Shown here one piece after another: positions 38,403 to 50,961 of a stretch of DNA of 64,000 nt. Within the stretch, counting starts at the first letter, position 1. Every line of letters begins with the position of its first letter. The notes under the pieces are model-generated. The model was not told where the DNA came from. It worked only from the letters and a program-made list of their open reading frames with translations, and did not search any database. Location of the stretch: positions 25,234,001 to 25,298,000 of the forward strand of contig NC_043007.1 in the NCBI RefSeq assembly GCF_006345805.1. Direction: 5' to 3'. Source of the DNA: Octopus sinensis (Eukaryota). The position numbers and the translations under genes are program-made.

Positions 38403-38494
38403 CTTCTGATCATCTCTTTGGCAGTTTTCATGCGATTCTCTTTGACGTGGCGTAAAATATCATCTTCCAAGATGGTGGATTGTTTCGCTTTATC
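38403..38494 (-). CDS. LRPPRC: LRPPRC exon
   Basis: cattcag|DKAKQSTILEDDILRHVKENRMKTAKEMIR+ag|gtaagt; phase 0 to 2. Confidence 0.82.
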
Positions 38495-39519
38495 CTGAAT
38501 GAAGAAACATGTTAATAAGGAGACGGTCAATGACGAGAGGCAGCTAATGAGGAAAGTCAGAGTTAACGAGGAAAGACTGGGCTAATGAGAAAACAGAGCT
38601 AATTAGAGAGAGTCTGAGCCAAGATCCAAGCAAGGAGTAACAAAGCAGAGGAAGAGAAAGTTAATGAGGAGAGTCAGAGGTAAACAAGGAGAGAGAACTA
38701 AATGAGAAGAGACAGAGCTAATGAGAAACAGAACTAAATTAGGAGACATAAACGAAGAGGGACAGAGCTAAGAATGAGAGATAGAGCGAACAAGGAGAGA
38801 CAGAACTAATGAAGAGAGCCAGAGGTAAACAAGGAGAGAGAACTAAATGAGACAGAGCTAATGAGAGATAGAACTAAACTAAGGCGGCGAGCTGGCAGAA
38901 TCGTTAGCACGCCAGGCGAAATGCTTAGCGGTATTTCGCCAGCCGTTACATTCTGAGTTCAAATTCCGCCACGGTCAACTTTGTCCTTCATCATTTCGGG
39001 GTCAATTAAATAAGTACCAGTTACGCACTGGGGTCGATATAATCGACTTAATCCGCTTGTCTGTCCCCTGTGTATAGCCCCTTGTGGGTAGTAAAGAAAT
39101 AGATATTTCGTCTGCCGTTACGTTCTGAGTTCAAATTCCACTGAGGTCAACTTTGCCTTTCATCCTTTCAGGGGTCAATAAATTAAGTATCAGTTACGCA
39201 CTGGGCTCAATGTAATTGACTTAATCCCTTTGTCTGTCCCCTCTATGTTTAGCCCCTTGTGGGCAATAAAGAAATAAGAACTAAACTAAGAGAGACACCT
39301 AAAGGAGACAGAGTGAATGAGGAGAATCAACCATATAGAGAGAATAGGTAAGAAAGAAGAATGAGGGTAATAGAGGAGAGGAGGAGAAAGAATAGGTAAG
39401 AGAGAAGAATGGGAGTTATAGAGGGGAGGAGGAGAGAGAAAGAGTAGATATATTAGACATAGGGTCATGGCCAAGATGAAGGTGAAGAGACAAAAACTAA
39501 TAAATTCTTTATTACTCAC

Positions 39520-39671
39520 ATCAACAACAGTTGGTACAGTGAAGTCGACGCTGTCTCCGATATTCTCCAGTACATTAGCCAGGTAACGTAAAGTACGGCC
39601 TGATGGTGAAATTCCTTCTTCTTCGAAGAATGTCAATACATTCTTAGCTTTCTTGTAGTCGTGAATTCTTA
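39520..39671 (-). CDS. LRPPRC: LRPPRC exon
   Basis: ttttcag|(V)RIHDYKKAKNVLTFFEEEGISPSGRTLRYLANVLENIGDSVDFTVPTVVD|gtgagt; matches human [30 protein letters not shown] as recalled. Confidence 0.92.
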
Positions 39672-40664
39672 CTGAAAAAGACGGAAGAAAACGAATGGAA
39701 AGATAAGGAAGGAGAACCAATAAACGTGCACATGCATCACCATTTAACGTCTGCTTTGCCGATGCCAGCGCCGCTCCGACTGGCTTCTGTGCCGGTGGCA
39801 CATAAAAAGCACCATCCGAACGTTGCCAGCGCCGCCTTGGCTGGCTTCCGTGTCGCTGGCACGTTAAAAGCTCCAACCGATCGTGGCCGATGCCGGACCC
39901 CCCCCCCCCGGCACCTGTGCAGGTGGCACGTAAAAAGCACCCACTACACTTGCGGAGTGGTTGGCGTTAGGAAGGGCATCCAGCCATAGAAACTCTGCCA
40001 GATCAGACCCTGGCTTCCCAGACCCCGGTCGAACCGTCCAACCCGTGCTAGCGCGGAAAACGGACGTAGAACAATGATGATGATGATTTCCAAGCCGCAG
40101 TATGGCGAGGGATTACTGTATATGACGATAGACAACCATGTAGAAGATATCTTCATTGGCATCAAATTTGTAGGCATGTAAAAAGCACCAACCGATCGTG
40201 GCCGTTGCCAGCCTCCCCTGACACCTGTGCCGGTGGCACGTAAAAAGCACCCACTACACTCGCGGAGTGGTTGGCATTAGGAAGGGCATCCAGCTGTAGA
40301 AACACTGCCAGATCAGACTGGAGCCTGGTGCAGCCTCCTGGCTTCCCAGACCCCGGTCAAACCGTCCAACCCATGCTAGCATGGAAAGTGGACGTTAAAC
40401 GATGATGATGATGATGATGATGATGAGTTTCTTTTTTTTAGCCACGAGCCAATTTGACCACAGATAGCAGAGAGAGAGTCTGTTATGATATCATGGCTAT
40501 GTTTTTCAGATCAGCCACATGCTGTGTGTGTGTGTGTGTGTAAGAGAGAGTGAGTGAGTGAGTGAGTGAGTGAGTGAGAGAGAGAGGGAGAGAGAGAAAG
40601 AGAGAGAGAGAGAAAGAGGCAGACAGACAGAGACAGAGAGAGATCAATAGTAAATATCACTCAC

Positions 40665-40755
40665 CATATCCTCTGATTAACTGGAACAGCATCTCATCCC
40701 TATCAACACCAAATAAATTCTTAGTCATCTCCACAAGTTGTTCCAGTTCAGAAAT
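40665..40755 (-). CDS. LRPPRC: LRPPRC exon
   Basis: gtttaag|ISELEQLVEMTKNLFGVDRDEMLFQLIRGY+g|gtgagt; matches human [27 protein letters not shown] as recalled. Confidence 0.92.
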
Positions 40756-41689
40756 CTTAAACAAGAAAAAAAAAAATTTTTTGAATATCAAAAAGCAAAA
40801 ACACACAAACACATCTGGATGGAAGCACTCCGTCGGTTACGACGATGAGAGTTCCGGTTGATCCGAATCAACGGAATGCCTGCTCGTGAAATTAACGTGT
40901 AAGTGGCTGAGCACTCCACAGACACGTGTACCCTTAACGTAGTTCTCGGGGATATTCAGTGTGACACAGGGAGTGACAAGGCCAGCCCTTTGAAATACAG
41001 GTACAACAGAAACAGGAAGTAAGACTGACAGAAAGTTGTGGTGAAAGAGTACAGCAGGGATCACCACCATCCCCTGCCGGAGCCTCGTGGAGCTTTAGGT
41101 GTTTTCGCTCAATAAACACTCACAACGCCCAGTCTGGGAATCGAAACCGCGATCCTATGACCGCGAGTCCACTGCCCTAACCACTGGGCCATTGCGCCTC
41201 CACACACAAACACATCACAAGTATTACTACAAGTCAATACACTGCTCATCACTCATCAATTTCAAGGAGCTACCACTGATAACAGCAGTGAACTTGGCCA
41301 TCCTGTGGCACCTACTTGTAGCTAGATGGACTGGACCACTGACAGTTGTCTTAGTTCTAGACTTAAGACAATCCGACAGTGTGGTATACTTTAATACCTA
41401 CTGTTAGGTGGACTAGGCTGTTGGTAGTTGTCTTGGTTATGTACACAGATGACTATACCACATTGTGGTATCTATTTACAGCTAGGTAGACTGGACTGTT
41501 GACTATGGACACAGTATAGTGACAGGATATGAAGTGTTGACCTTTAGGCTGGGTCTGTTACTGTGTGGACCCCAAAGTGTTTTGATCTAAATGACTTGAG
41601 GTAGTTTGTAGATGTGGAGGAGGACGGAGAGGTAGAAGGTGTATGGAGAAGTGGGGAAGAAGTATGGAAAGTCGGAGAGGGAAGCATGG

Positions 41690-42030
41690 ATGGGCAGAGA
41701 GGAAAGGATGAAGGGGTGAGAGGAAAGGATGCAGGAGCAGAGGGGAAAGTATGGAGGGGCAGAGGGGAAAGTATGGAAGAGCAGGGGGAAAGTATGGAAA
41801 GGCAGGGGAGAAAGTATGGAAAGGCAGAGGGGAAAGCATGGAAGGGCAGAGGGGAAAGTATGGAAGGGCAGAGGGGAGAGTATGGAAGGGCAGAGGGGAG
41901 AGTATGGAAGGGGAGAGGGAAAGTATGGAAGGGGAGAGGGAAAAGTATGGAAGGGCAGAGGGGAAAGTATGGAAGGGGAGAGGATAAGTACGGAAAGGCA
42001 GAGGGGAAAGTATGGAGAGACGGAAGAGTA
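41690..42030 (+). repeat. Purine-rich 22-bp minisatellite (GGAAGGGCAGAGGGGAAAGTAT)n
   Basis: More than 10 degenerate copies; source of the ORFs at 41558-42102. Confidence 0.9.
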
Positions 42031-42177
42031 TATATATATATATATGGAGAGGTGGGAAGAGTATGGAGAGGTAATAGAATAGGGAGAAGTGGAATAGTTT
42101 AGAGAGGCGGGAGAATATATGGAGGTGGTAGGAGTGTGTAGTGGTGTTTTGGCAGGCCTTCAGAAAATGTGACTTAC

Positions 42178-42246
42178 CTTTTCTTTACTAATTAAGGTCT
42201 CACATCCTATCTTGAGACGTATCATAGCAGCCCGTATACCTGGGGT
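42178..42246 (-). CDS. LRPPRC: LRPPRC exon
   Basis: tttccag|TPGIRAAMIRLKIGCETLISKEK|gtaagt; contains the LRPPRC hallmark TPGIRA. Confidence 0.92.
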
Positions 42247-42418
42247 CTGGAAAACATTTAGAAAGAGAAATTTACTATAAGCAAGCCAGTATGCATTGGT
42301 TTGTTCATTTTTACATCCATTTTTTCCATACCAGCATGGGTTAGATGCAATATATCATCAATACAATGTTTTGCAATCAGGTATCCTTCTTGTTGCTAAC
42401 CCATGCTTGCTTTTCAAG

Positions 42419-42470
<52 letters not shown>

Positions 42471-43111
42471 ATATATATATAAAACAATTTAGATTCAAAT
42501 GAATATGGTACTTAACTTAGATGCACCAGAATTTTTTTATGGTATTACCTATATAATTATGTGGGGTGATTATAACCAAAAAATAAGCAACAAGAATGGA
42601 TCGGTAGCTTAGTACAATTGTTTCATACTATAACAATTTATTAAAGCTGCAAATATTACAGCAAATATAATGTTAAGTAATCTTCAGCTAAATTTCATAT
42701 AGGTTTTCCAAACATCTTAGGGAGTGTAAATATACTTATAAAGTTATAGATGTGAGCTCCAAGAGCTTGAAGCAAGATTCAAAGCAGACCATATGTGCTT
42801 TCCAACAATACAAAGTTCTTAAATTAATTAGTGACATCCCAGAGAAGGTAAATATACTCATAAAGATGTGAATATAAATTTCAGGAAACATGAAGAAAGA
42901 TGCCAATCAGACCACGATTAAGTTCGCATCTATCTGTTGGAAACAAATTTCTATAGTAGTAGGAATGATAGCGGGGTAGGTCAAGGAAGCTGACTAGCTA
43001 GAGAAAAGAACAGAAGGAGAAAAAAATATATATAATATTTGCAGCTTTGGTTATATATATATATATATATATGTATAGGTATGTATATATATAAGTAGGC
43101 ATGTATATATA

Positions 43112-43160
<49 letters not shown>

Positions 43161-43176
43161 GGATATATATGTATGG

Positions 43177-43208
<32 letters not shown>

Positions 43209-43897
43209 GCGGTAGTACATTACTGATTCCTACTACTGATACAGGAACAGAGAATCTCATGATAATCATAAACCTTATATGATTTCATAACACCCTCTAT
43301 GTGAACACCCCTGTCTGTATATCCATGCCTGAACCTTCTCTTATCCCATGCACCTGGGTATTCGAAAGCCTTGAGATTAAATTTGGTTTATGGTAACTGA
43401 AAGAATCCCATCATGTATGTGTGTGTGTGTGTATTTATATTTGTCTTCTGTAAAAATCTCTCATTACAAATAGTGTTTATCATTTCTTCAGTCAATAAAT
43501 TGTTTTCTCAGTTCATGTCTTCAAAGATGTGAAATGAGAGGTCCTTTACTTGAAAAGCAAGCATGGGTTAGCAACAAGAAGGATAAAATTCTTTCAGTTT
43601 CTACCAACCATATACACTCACAAGGCTTTGGTTGGCCTGAGAAAATAATAGAAGACACTTACCCAAGGTACCTTGCACTTAGACTGAACCTAGAACCATG
43701 TGGTTGGGAAGCAAACTTTTTACCCCACCACCATACCTGCACCTATATTATATATATATTAAAGCATTTATGTATAGTAATGCCCTTAATATAAGTAAAT
43801 ATATTTAAGAGGAATAATTGATGGATTTTTCCCTTATGAGGCTTTTCACGCTAACTACTTGATAAATTCTTATGAAGATTTTATCCTATTTTTCAAT

Positions 43898-44320
43898 TAG
43901 GCGCAGGAGTGGCTGATAGGCGCAGGAGTGGCTGTGTGGTAAGTAGCTTGCTAACCAACCACATGGTTCCGGGTTCAGTCCCACTGCGTGGCATCTTGGG
44001 CAAGTGTCTTCTGCTATAGCCCCGGGCCGACCAATGCCTTGTGAGTGGATTTGGTAGACGGAAACTGAAAGAAGCCTGTCGTATATATGTATATATATAT
44101 ATGTATGTGTGTGTGTTTGTGTGTCTGTGTTTGTTCCCCTAGCATTGCTTGACAACCGATGCTGGTGTGTTTACGTCCCCGTCACTTAGCGGTTCGGCAA
44201 AAGAGACCGATAGAATAAGTACTGGGCTTACAAAGAATAAGTCCCGGGGTCGATTTGCTCGACTAAAGGCGGTGCTCCAGCATGGCCGCAGTCAAATGAC
44301 TGAAACAAGTAAAAGAGTAA
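43898..44320 (+). mobile_element. tRNA-derived SINE, second family; copies at 5420-5810, 20040-20421 (-), 22728-23189 (-), 37300-37683, 46800-47210, 58555-58918, 62245-62637 (-), 63650-63888
   Basis: aggcgcaggagtggctgtgtggtaag...ggttcagtccc head, internal (TA)/(TG) tract and aaagagt tail; near-identical copies. Confidence 0.88.
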
Positions 44321-44524
44321 TATATGTGTGTGTGTATGTATAAAACAAATTTATTGAATGGTGTTAGTTTGTAATATTCATCTTTCAAAACTGAAACTGC
44401 ATATCCTATTTCTAGTCAGTACAGCTTGGCACAGCTACATTGATTTACTGAGCAGCATTGAATATGAGTGAAACCATTTTAACTGCTATGTTGTGTCTTT
44501 GTTTATTTAATTAGGTTAACATAC

Positions 44525-44631
44525 CTCCAAGATCTTCTTGGCTTTCTTATAATGTCCACATTCAACGAGGTTGACCATCAGTTGGTGCAGTACATTTAAC
44601 TCACCATGAATCGGTGTCACTCGATCAATAG
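44525..44631 (-). CDS. LRPPRC: LRPPRC exon
   Basis: gtttcag|(A)IDRVTPIHGELNVLHQLMVNLVECGHYKKAKKILE|gtatgt; matches human AMDFVSQEQGEMVMLYDL...GNYKEAKKIIE as recalled. Confidence 0.9.
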
Positions 44632-44708
44632 CTGAAACAAGAAAACAAACAGTTCAAGTCTTTAACAATTGGCATTATCACAGATAATGATGATGATGAT
44701 GATGTTTG

Positions 44709-44742
<34 letters not shown>

Positions 44743-45394
44743 GATAGTGATAGTGGTGAAGGACCAAATTCAGCACTGGTCAGTTACACAATCACCCTCC
44801 ATCCCACCCAATCCCTGATCAAATCCTGACAACTCTCGGTCACCTGGCCAAGCTAGAACTCTCACAGAATATAAAATAAAGAAACTAACACAATAAATTA
44901 ATCAAATGCCAGTGGGAGGACATGGTATTGCTACTAAAGGATGATGATGCTGATAATGATAATCAAGGTGATAATAAAGGTGATGATGATAATGACAGCT
45001 ATGTTAAACAGGTGGAACCAGTTATATGAGAATGTTGATCTTCCGGCTGAATGAAAGACTTTACGTTTCTATTACTAACTACCTAATACTATCTGTTGGC
45101 TGCAATTCTTAGCAGAAGCATCACCGTTTTTTGGTGAAAGGGCAGGATTTGAACTCAGAACGTACAGATCTAGAACAGATCTTTCTTGTCTTGTCTTGTC
45201 TTGAGACAGCATTCACCCGGGGCGGGTTGAGCTGGCTCTAGAACAGATACTGCAAGGTCTCCCTTCAAATGATGATGATGATGATGACTGTGATGATGCT
45301 GGTGATGGTTACAAGAAAAATAGCACAACAATAACAACAACAACACTAATAACATTGTGTAAAGGGCAAACAACAGTGATGAAGGATGTCTAAC

Positions 45395-45519
45395 CTTTCT
45401 GCAATTTCTCAGGATCTTCCTTTGTAATAAACAACTGTAGTATACTGTCAACAGAAGGGGCTCGACTATATTCTGTGATGAGCCAGTCCAGAGCTTCCAG
45501 TACCTGCTCACCGTCCTCC
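45395..45519 (-). CDS. LRPPRC: LRPPRC exon
   Basis: ttttcag|(R)EDGEQVLEALDWLITEYSRAPSVDSILQLFITKEDPEKLQK+g|gttaga; phase 2 to 1. Confidence 0.85.
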
Positions 45520-46966
45520 CTGAAAAGGATCAATCAACACATCAGTCATCTGTCATAGCTTACACATTTTTATATCAGTCATACATCACACATTATACAC
45601 GGCTGTTCATCTGTCATCAATCTCAGTTTGTACACCTGTTCATGTATTACCTGCATTAGATGAATGAGTGTACATACCGGCATTGATGTAGCAACATTTG
45701 AAATTTTATCTAGGTGAATCTAGCCGAAGAGAACTAATCAAATTTACATGACCGTTGCCAGAGCCGCCCTGACTGGCCTCGTGCCGGTGGCACGTAAAAG
45801 CACCATCCGATCATGGCCGTTTGCCAGCCTCGCCTGGCCCCCGTGCTGGTGGCACGTAAAAGCACCATCCGTTTGTGGCCGTTTGCCAGCTCAGTCTGGC
45901 ACCTGTGCGAGTGGCACGTAAAAAGCACCCACTACACTCACGGAGTGGTTGGCGTTAGGAAGGGCATCCAGCCGTAGAAATTCTGCCAGATCAGACTGGG
46001 CCTGATGCAGCCTTCTGGCTTCACAGACCCCAGTTGAACCGTCCAACCCATGCTAGCATGGAAAGCGGACGCTAAATGATGATGATGATTAACAAACATA
46101 ATTGGGAAAGTTCGAAACCAAGGTCCTAGATGATCCACATATGGGTTGTAGATTTATCTAATGTTCTTCCTATAGGTAAGATGAAATTTTTTGTGTCTGC
46201 TGCAGTCATGGAAATTGTAGTTGTGATACCGGTGCCGGTGGCATGTATAAAGCACCATCCAAACGTGGCCGATGCCAGCGCCACTTTGACTGGCTTGTGC
46301 CGGTGGCACATGACCTGCTGTGCTTGAGGAGACCTATTGAGTCAAGTACATCAACATCAAAATAAATATCAAATGGAAAGTGTAGCTGTAATACCTGTGC
46401 TGGTGGCACGTAAAAAGCACACGTCTGAACGTGGCCGATGCCAGCGCCGCCTTGACTGGCTCCTGTGCCGGTGGCACATAAAAAGCACCAATCGATCGTG
46501 GCCACTGCCAGCCTCCCCTGGCACATAAAAAGCACCCACTACACTCACGGAGTGGTTGGCGTTAGGAAGGGCATCCAGCTGTAGAAACATTGCCAGATCA
46601 GACTGGAGCCTGGTGCAGCCTCCTGGCTTACCAGACCCCAGTCGAACCGTCCAACCCATGCTTAGATGGAAAACGGATGCTAAACGATGATGAACTTCTT
46701 AGCCACATAACTGAACTTGCTTCTCTGTTGCAGATAAAAAAACAAGCACAAACAAAAACAGAGGACCCAACACAAAACAATTGATATAGAAAGAAACAAT
46801 TGGAGCAGCTGTGTGGTAAGTAGCTTGCTTATGAACCACATGGCTCCTGGTTCAGTCCCACTGTGTGGCACCTTGGGCAAGTGTCTTCTACTATAGTCTC
46901 GGGTCAACCAAAGCCTTTTGAGTGGATTTGGTAGACGGAAACTGAAAGAAGCCCGTCGTATATATG

Positions 46967-47002
<36 letters not shown>

Positions 47003-47234
47003 TGTGTGTTTGTGTGTCTGTGTTTGTCCCCCCAGCATCACTTGACAACCGATGCTGGTGTGTTTACATCCCCATAACTTAGCAGTTCGGCAAAACAGAC
47101 TGATAGAATAAGTACTAGGCTTACAAAGAATAAGTCCCGAGGTCGATTTGCTCGACAGTGCTCCACCATGGCCGCAGTCAAATGACTGAAACAAGTAAAA
47201 GAGTAAAGAGTAATTGTAATGAAGAAATCAGTAC

Positions 47235-47469
47235 CTTTCAATATAACCCTTCATCATGGATTCCAACAGTTCATATGTGGCTGGTTTAATGTAACCCAAT
47301 TTAAAGAGTGTAGTGAGAACATTCTTGGTTGCAGAAAGGTCTTGAGTTTTGGCACAGTCGAATACAACAGTGCAACAGTCTCTCTCAAAGGCATAACCAG
47401 AAGACATCTGTGCATTAGTCATATACTTGCCGTGTTTCTCAGCATATTTCTCAAGTAATGCCAAAGCAT
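47235..47469 (-). CDS. LRPPRC: LRPPRC exon
   Basis: tttcag|(D)ALALLEKYAEKHGKY...DLSATKNVLTTLFKLGYIKPATYELLESMMKGYIE+ag|gtactg; phase 1 to 2. Confidence 0.85.
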
Positions 47470-48032
47470 CTGAAATTTAAACAAAGACCAAAGAGTTCTT
47501 TAAAGAAGCTGTTAGTTTGATTTTCTTTTCAACCCTTTCGTTACTGTATTTATTTTGAAATGCTCTGTGTTTCTTTCAATTACTTTAAATATTACAAAGA
47601 ATTTAGTAAAATAACTTGGTTATCATTAAACTAGTGTTAGGAACATAAATTGTGACTGAGGTTTGGTGGAAGATTTTAATTCAAAACTTATGGAAACAAG
47701 ACATTTGTACTGAGAGCCAGAGCCAGTTTCAGCTGGGTTGGTAACGAAAGGGTTAAATATGATGATCATGGGAATGATGATTTAGGATTTTTTCAGCGTT
47801 AGGAAGGGCATCCAGCCGTAGAAACACTGCCAGATCAGACTGGGCCTGGTGCAGCCTTCTGGCTTCCCAGACCCCAGTTGAACTGTCCAACCCATGCTAG
47901 CATGGAAAGCGGACGTTAAACAATGATGATGACGATGAAAGTAGAGAAGCTAGTGTAGAGGGACTAATGCAGAAGGGATAACAAAGAGAGGATAACATAG
48001 AGGGGATAATGTAGAAAAGATAATGTACAAAC

Positions 48033-48118
48033 CTGAAACTTTTCCCTCGTTTATCATCAAAGCAGCAACATTCAGAAGAGCTCTGGTGTAATCTGTATAG
48101 TCGGGAAATTGGTCTTCT
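48033..48118 (-). CDS. LRPPRC: LRPPRC exon
   Basis: attcag|(I)EDQFPDYTDYTRALLNVAALMINEGKVS+g|gtttgt; phase 2 to 1. Confidence 0.8.
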
Positions 48119-48868
48119 CTGAATAATGAACAAGTTAATTTGTATTACACTGCTACAACAGCCTACAGAAGAGTTTTTTCCCTCCACTCTGCAGCACCTT
48201 TTCGTAACTAAGTGGTGTGGACCTTATAAAAGTTAAGTACCTAAGCCAGTGGTAAAATACAACCTACTCACATTTTAGGTAATTGCTTCACATTCTCTTC
48301 ATTTGGCAGTTATCTGCTCTTCCATGCAGGTAAAATGACTATTATATTAAATATCCAGACCAAGACAGACAACCTCACCCCATTTCCTACCATAATGCCA
48401 AACTTGTACAAGACATAACTCCCCTCTAATTCCATAATACTAAACTATCCAAAACATACCCTACTTCCCCTAGTTTCACACCAGCAACCACTGGGACCCG
48501 CTTCTAGCCTTATACTGCTAAACCCCAGCCCAAACCACCAATATTATAAGTGTTCACATCTTTAAGTTAAAATCTTGTTATTACATCAACAATGAGACAA
48601 CTTAGTCAGGCAGGAGTTCCACCAGTTTTATAAAGGACATTATGCTAAAAAAAATGTGTTTCAAACATCAGTTTGATGTAACAGTTTGCAGTAAACGTCA
48701 TGTTGTGGCCTAAATGCCTGGGGCTTATTTTGTAGTATATTCCAGAACCTTTTAAATTTCAAAAAAATATATTGGAATTATATTTTGACCCAAAGGTTGT
48801 AAACCTGACATATAGACTCTCCCTTGTCTGCAGAAGGTCAAAGGTTTTAAAAAAGGGGCAATACTTAC

Positions 48869-49011
48869 ATCAGAGTGAGATATTTCAGAGCTTCCTTCAA
48901 ATCCTTCTTGTACATAGCATTTAAGAAGATCAACTGGCGTAGTACCAGAGGGGGATAAAAGAATCCTTCTTTATCCAGAGATGCCTTCAGTTTTTCAGCA
49001 TGAGGAACATC
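48869..49011 (-). CDS. LRPPRC: LRPPRC exon
   Basis: ttctcag|DVPHAEKLKASLDKEGFFYPPLVLRQLIFLNAMYKKDLKEALKYLTL+at|gtaagt; phase 0 to 2. Confidence 0.82.
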
Positions 49012-49712
49012 CTGAGAATTAGGAAAATATAAAGATTTTACATATCAGCAAGAAGACAACAAATGGCAACATACAAGCAGCAAATAACTGAAAAAGTGTA
49101 TTAGTATATATCTTTAACATTATCATTTTAAGTTCATTTTTCTATAGTGGCATGGATCGAAAAGGTCTGCTCTAATAAACCACTTTTCACTGATGATTGG
49201 GTCTTTATCAGCTGAAACACACTACAGAGGGAACCACTGATAATACACACATACACACATGTGCATGTACGAGTGCTAATCTTTATATATAAAGAGTATG
49301 ATAGAAATAGAGAGTATGGTAGAAGAAGGCTTGCTCTTCATTCCCTAGAAGAAAAAATTCAAATCGGATCAAGTTAACGCCAAAAATTATTTACATCAAA
49401 AAGGTCCTTTTTTTCTATGAAAATACCTATTTTTTACGATTTTTTGACTGCTGTGTCACCATTTTTCGGTGTATTTCAACCAGAAAAATGTTCACTTAAA
49501 GAGAATAACAAGCTACATAATGCAGAATTTTTACTTTTCAAAAATTCCAATTCTAAAGGGTCGAAACAAACCCGAGCAACACCTAGCGATACTGCTAGTT
49601 AAAGATAAAATTACGTTTTAGTTTGAGCTCTGTCATCAAGGATTTTTGCCATTTCTTTCTTAGTTTAGTTTGAAACAATATCATTCCTAAAATCCAAACA
49701 TTAAATACTCAC

Positions 49713-49816
49713 CCCAGTGGCACAGTAGCGTACAAGAAGCAATTTCTTAGCTGTGTTGTTATTTGTTTTCGTCACATAGTCTTGAAGTTGGCTGGTGTAT
49801 AATTGGAAAGTGGGTT
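49713..49816 (-). CDS. LRPPRC: LRPPRC exon
   Basis: atttcag|(x)PTFQLYTSQLQDYVTKTNNNTAKKLLLVRYCATG|gtgagt; phase 1 to 0; resembles the human QLTSSELE...LKQLILVLC segment as recalled. Confidence 0.72.
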
Positions 49817-50333
49817 CTGAAATAAGATTAAAAAATATGTATGTACACACTGAGTTATTGTAGTGGTGGTGGTGATGGCAGTATGATGGAAATGGTGGTG
49901 GTGGTAGTGATTTGGCTCTTGAATTAATCAACATAACACTGAGCAATGCATGTGATAATGGTGATAATGATGGTGGTGGTGGTGGTGGTGGAGATGGTAA
50001 TGATAGAAATTAATGAATGTATTGTATGCAGTGTACAGGTGCACCACAAATCATCAGAAAAAGTATTCAAAAGTGCATGAACAGTACATAGAATAGGATA
50101 ATGCACAGAAACTAGCTCCCCAACCACATGGTTCCAGGTTCAGTCCCACTGCATGGCACCTTGAACAAGTATCTTTCACTATAGCCTTGAGCAGACCAAA
50201 GACTTGTGAGTGGATTTGGCAGATGGAAACTAAAAGAAGCCCTGCCTGGTGCAGCCTTCTGGCTTCCCAGAACCCCGGCCGAACCGTCCAATCCATGCTA
50301 GCATGGAGAACGGACATTAAACGATGATGATGA

Positions 50334-50376
<43 letters not shown>

Positions 50377-50438
50377 TAAAACGGTAAGATAACAAAAGAA
50401 AGAAAGAGACCTCAATATTATGTAAATAGAGGAAATTT

Positions 50439-50598
50439 ATCTATACAATAATATGTTACATTACTCGATAGTCAAGATAAAATTCTGAGTTTCAGATGCC
50501 GAAGCGGAAATCCACAACACCATCTCTTCGGTTATCTGGTTATCTGAAACTCAGGGTTTTATCTTGACAATCGAGTAATGTAACATATTATTGTATAG

Positions 50599-50600
<2 letters not shown>
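50439..50600. repeat. 59-bp inverted repeat (hairpin or foldback element) inside (TA)n
   Basis: Arms 50439-50497 and 50542-50600 with 3 mismatches; inner ccgaag/cttcgg stem in the loop. Confidence 0.9.
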
Positions 50601-50629
<29 letters not shown>

Positions 50630-50926
50630 GAGACGCAATGGGCCAGTGGTTAGGGCAGCGGACTCACAGTCGTAGGATCGCAGTTTTGATTCCTAGACCG
50701 GGCGTTGTGAGTATTTATTGAGCGAAAACACCTAAAGCTCCACTAGGCTCTAGCAAGGGGATCGTGGAAATCCCTGCTGTACTCTTTCGCCACAACTTTC
50801 TCTCACTCTTTCTTCTGTTGGCCTGCTCACTTAGCCAATGGGGTGACACCATTTGAAGTCTAAAACAATGCGAAGCGCATTGTGACCAGCGATGTGTAGC
50901 AACATCTGATAGCCTGGTTGGTTACG

Positions 50927-50961
<35 letters not shown>

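Noticed and set aside
49615-49689. AG/GT-bounded open segment next to LRPPRC exon 49713-49816
   Set aside because: The implied intron would be only about 23 nt, and phase-0 entry hits TGA immediately.
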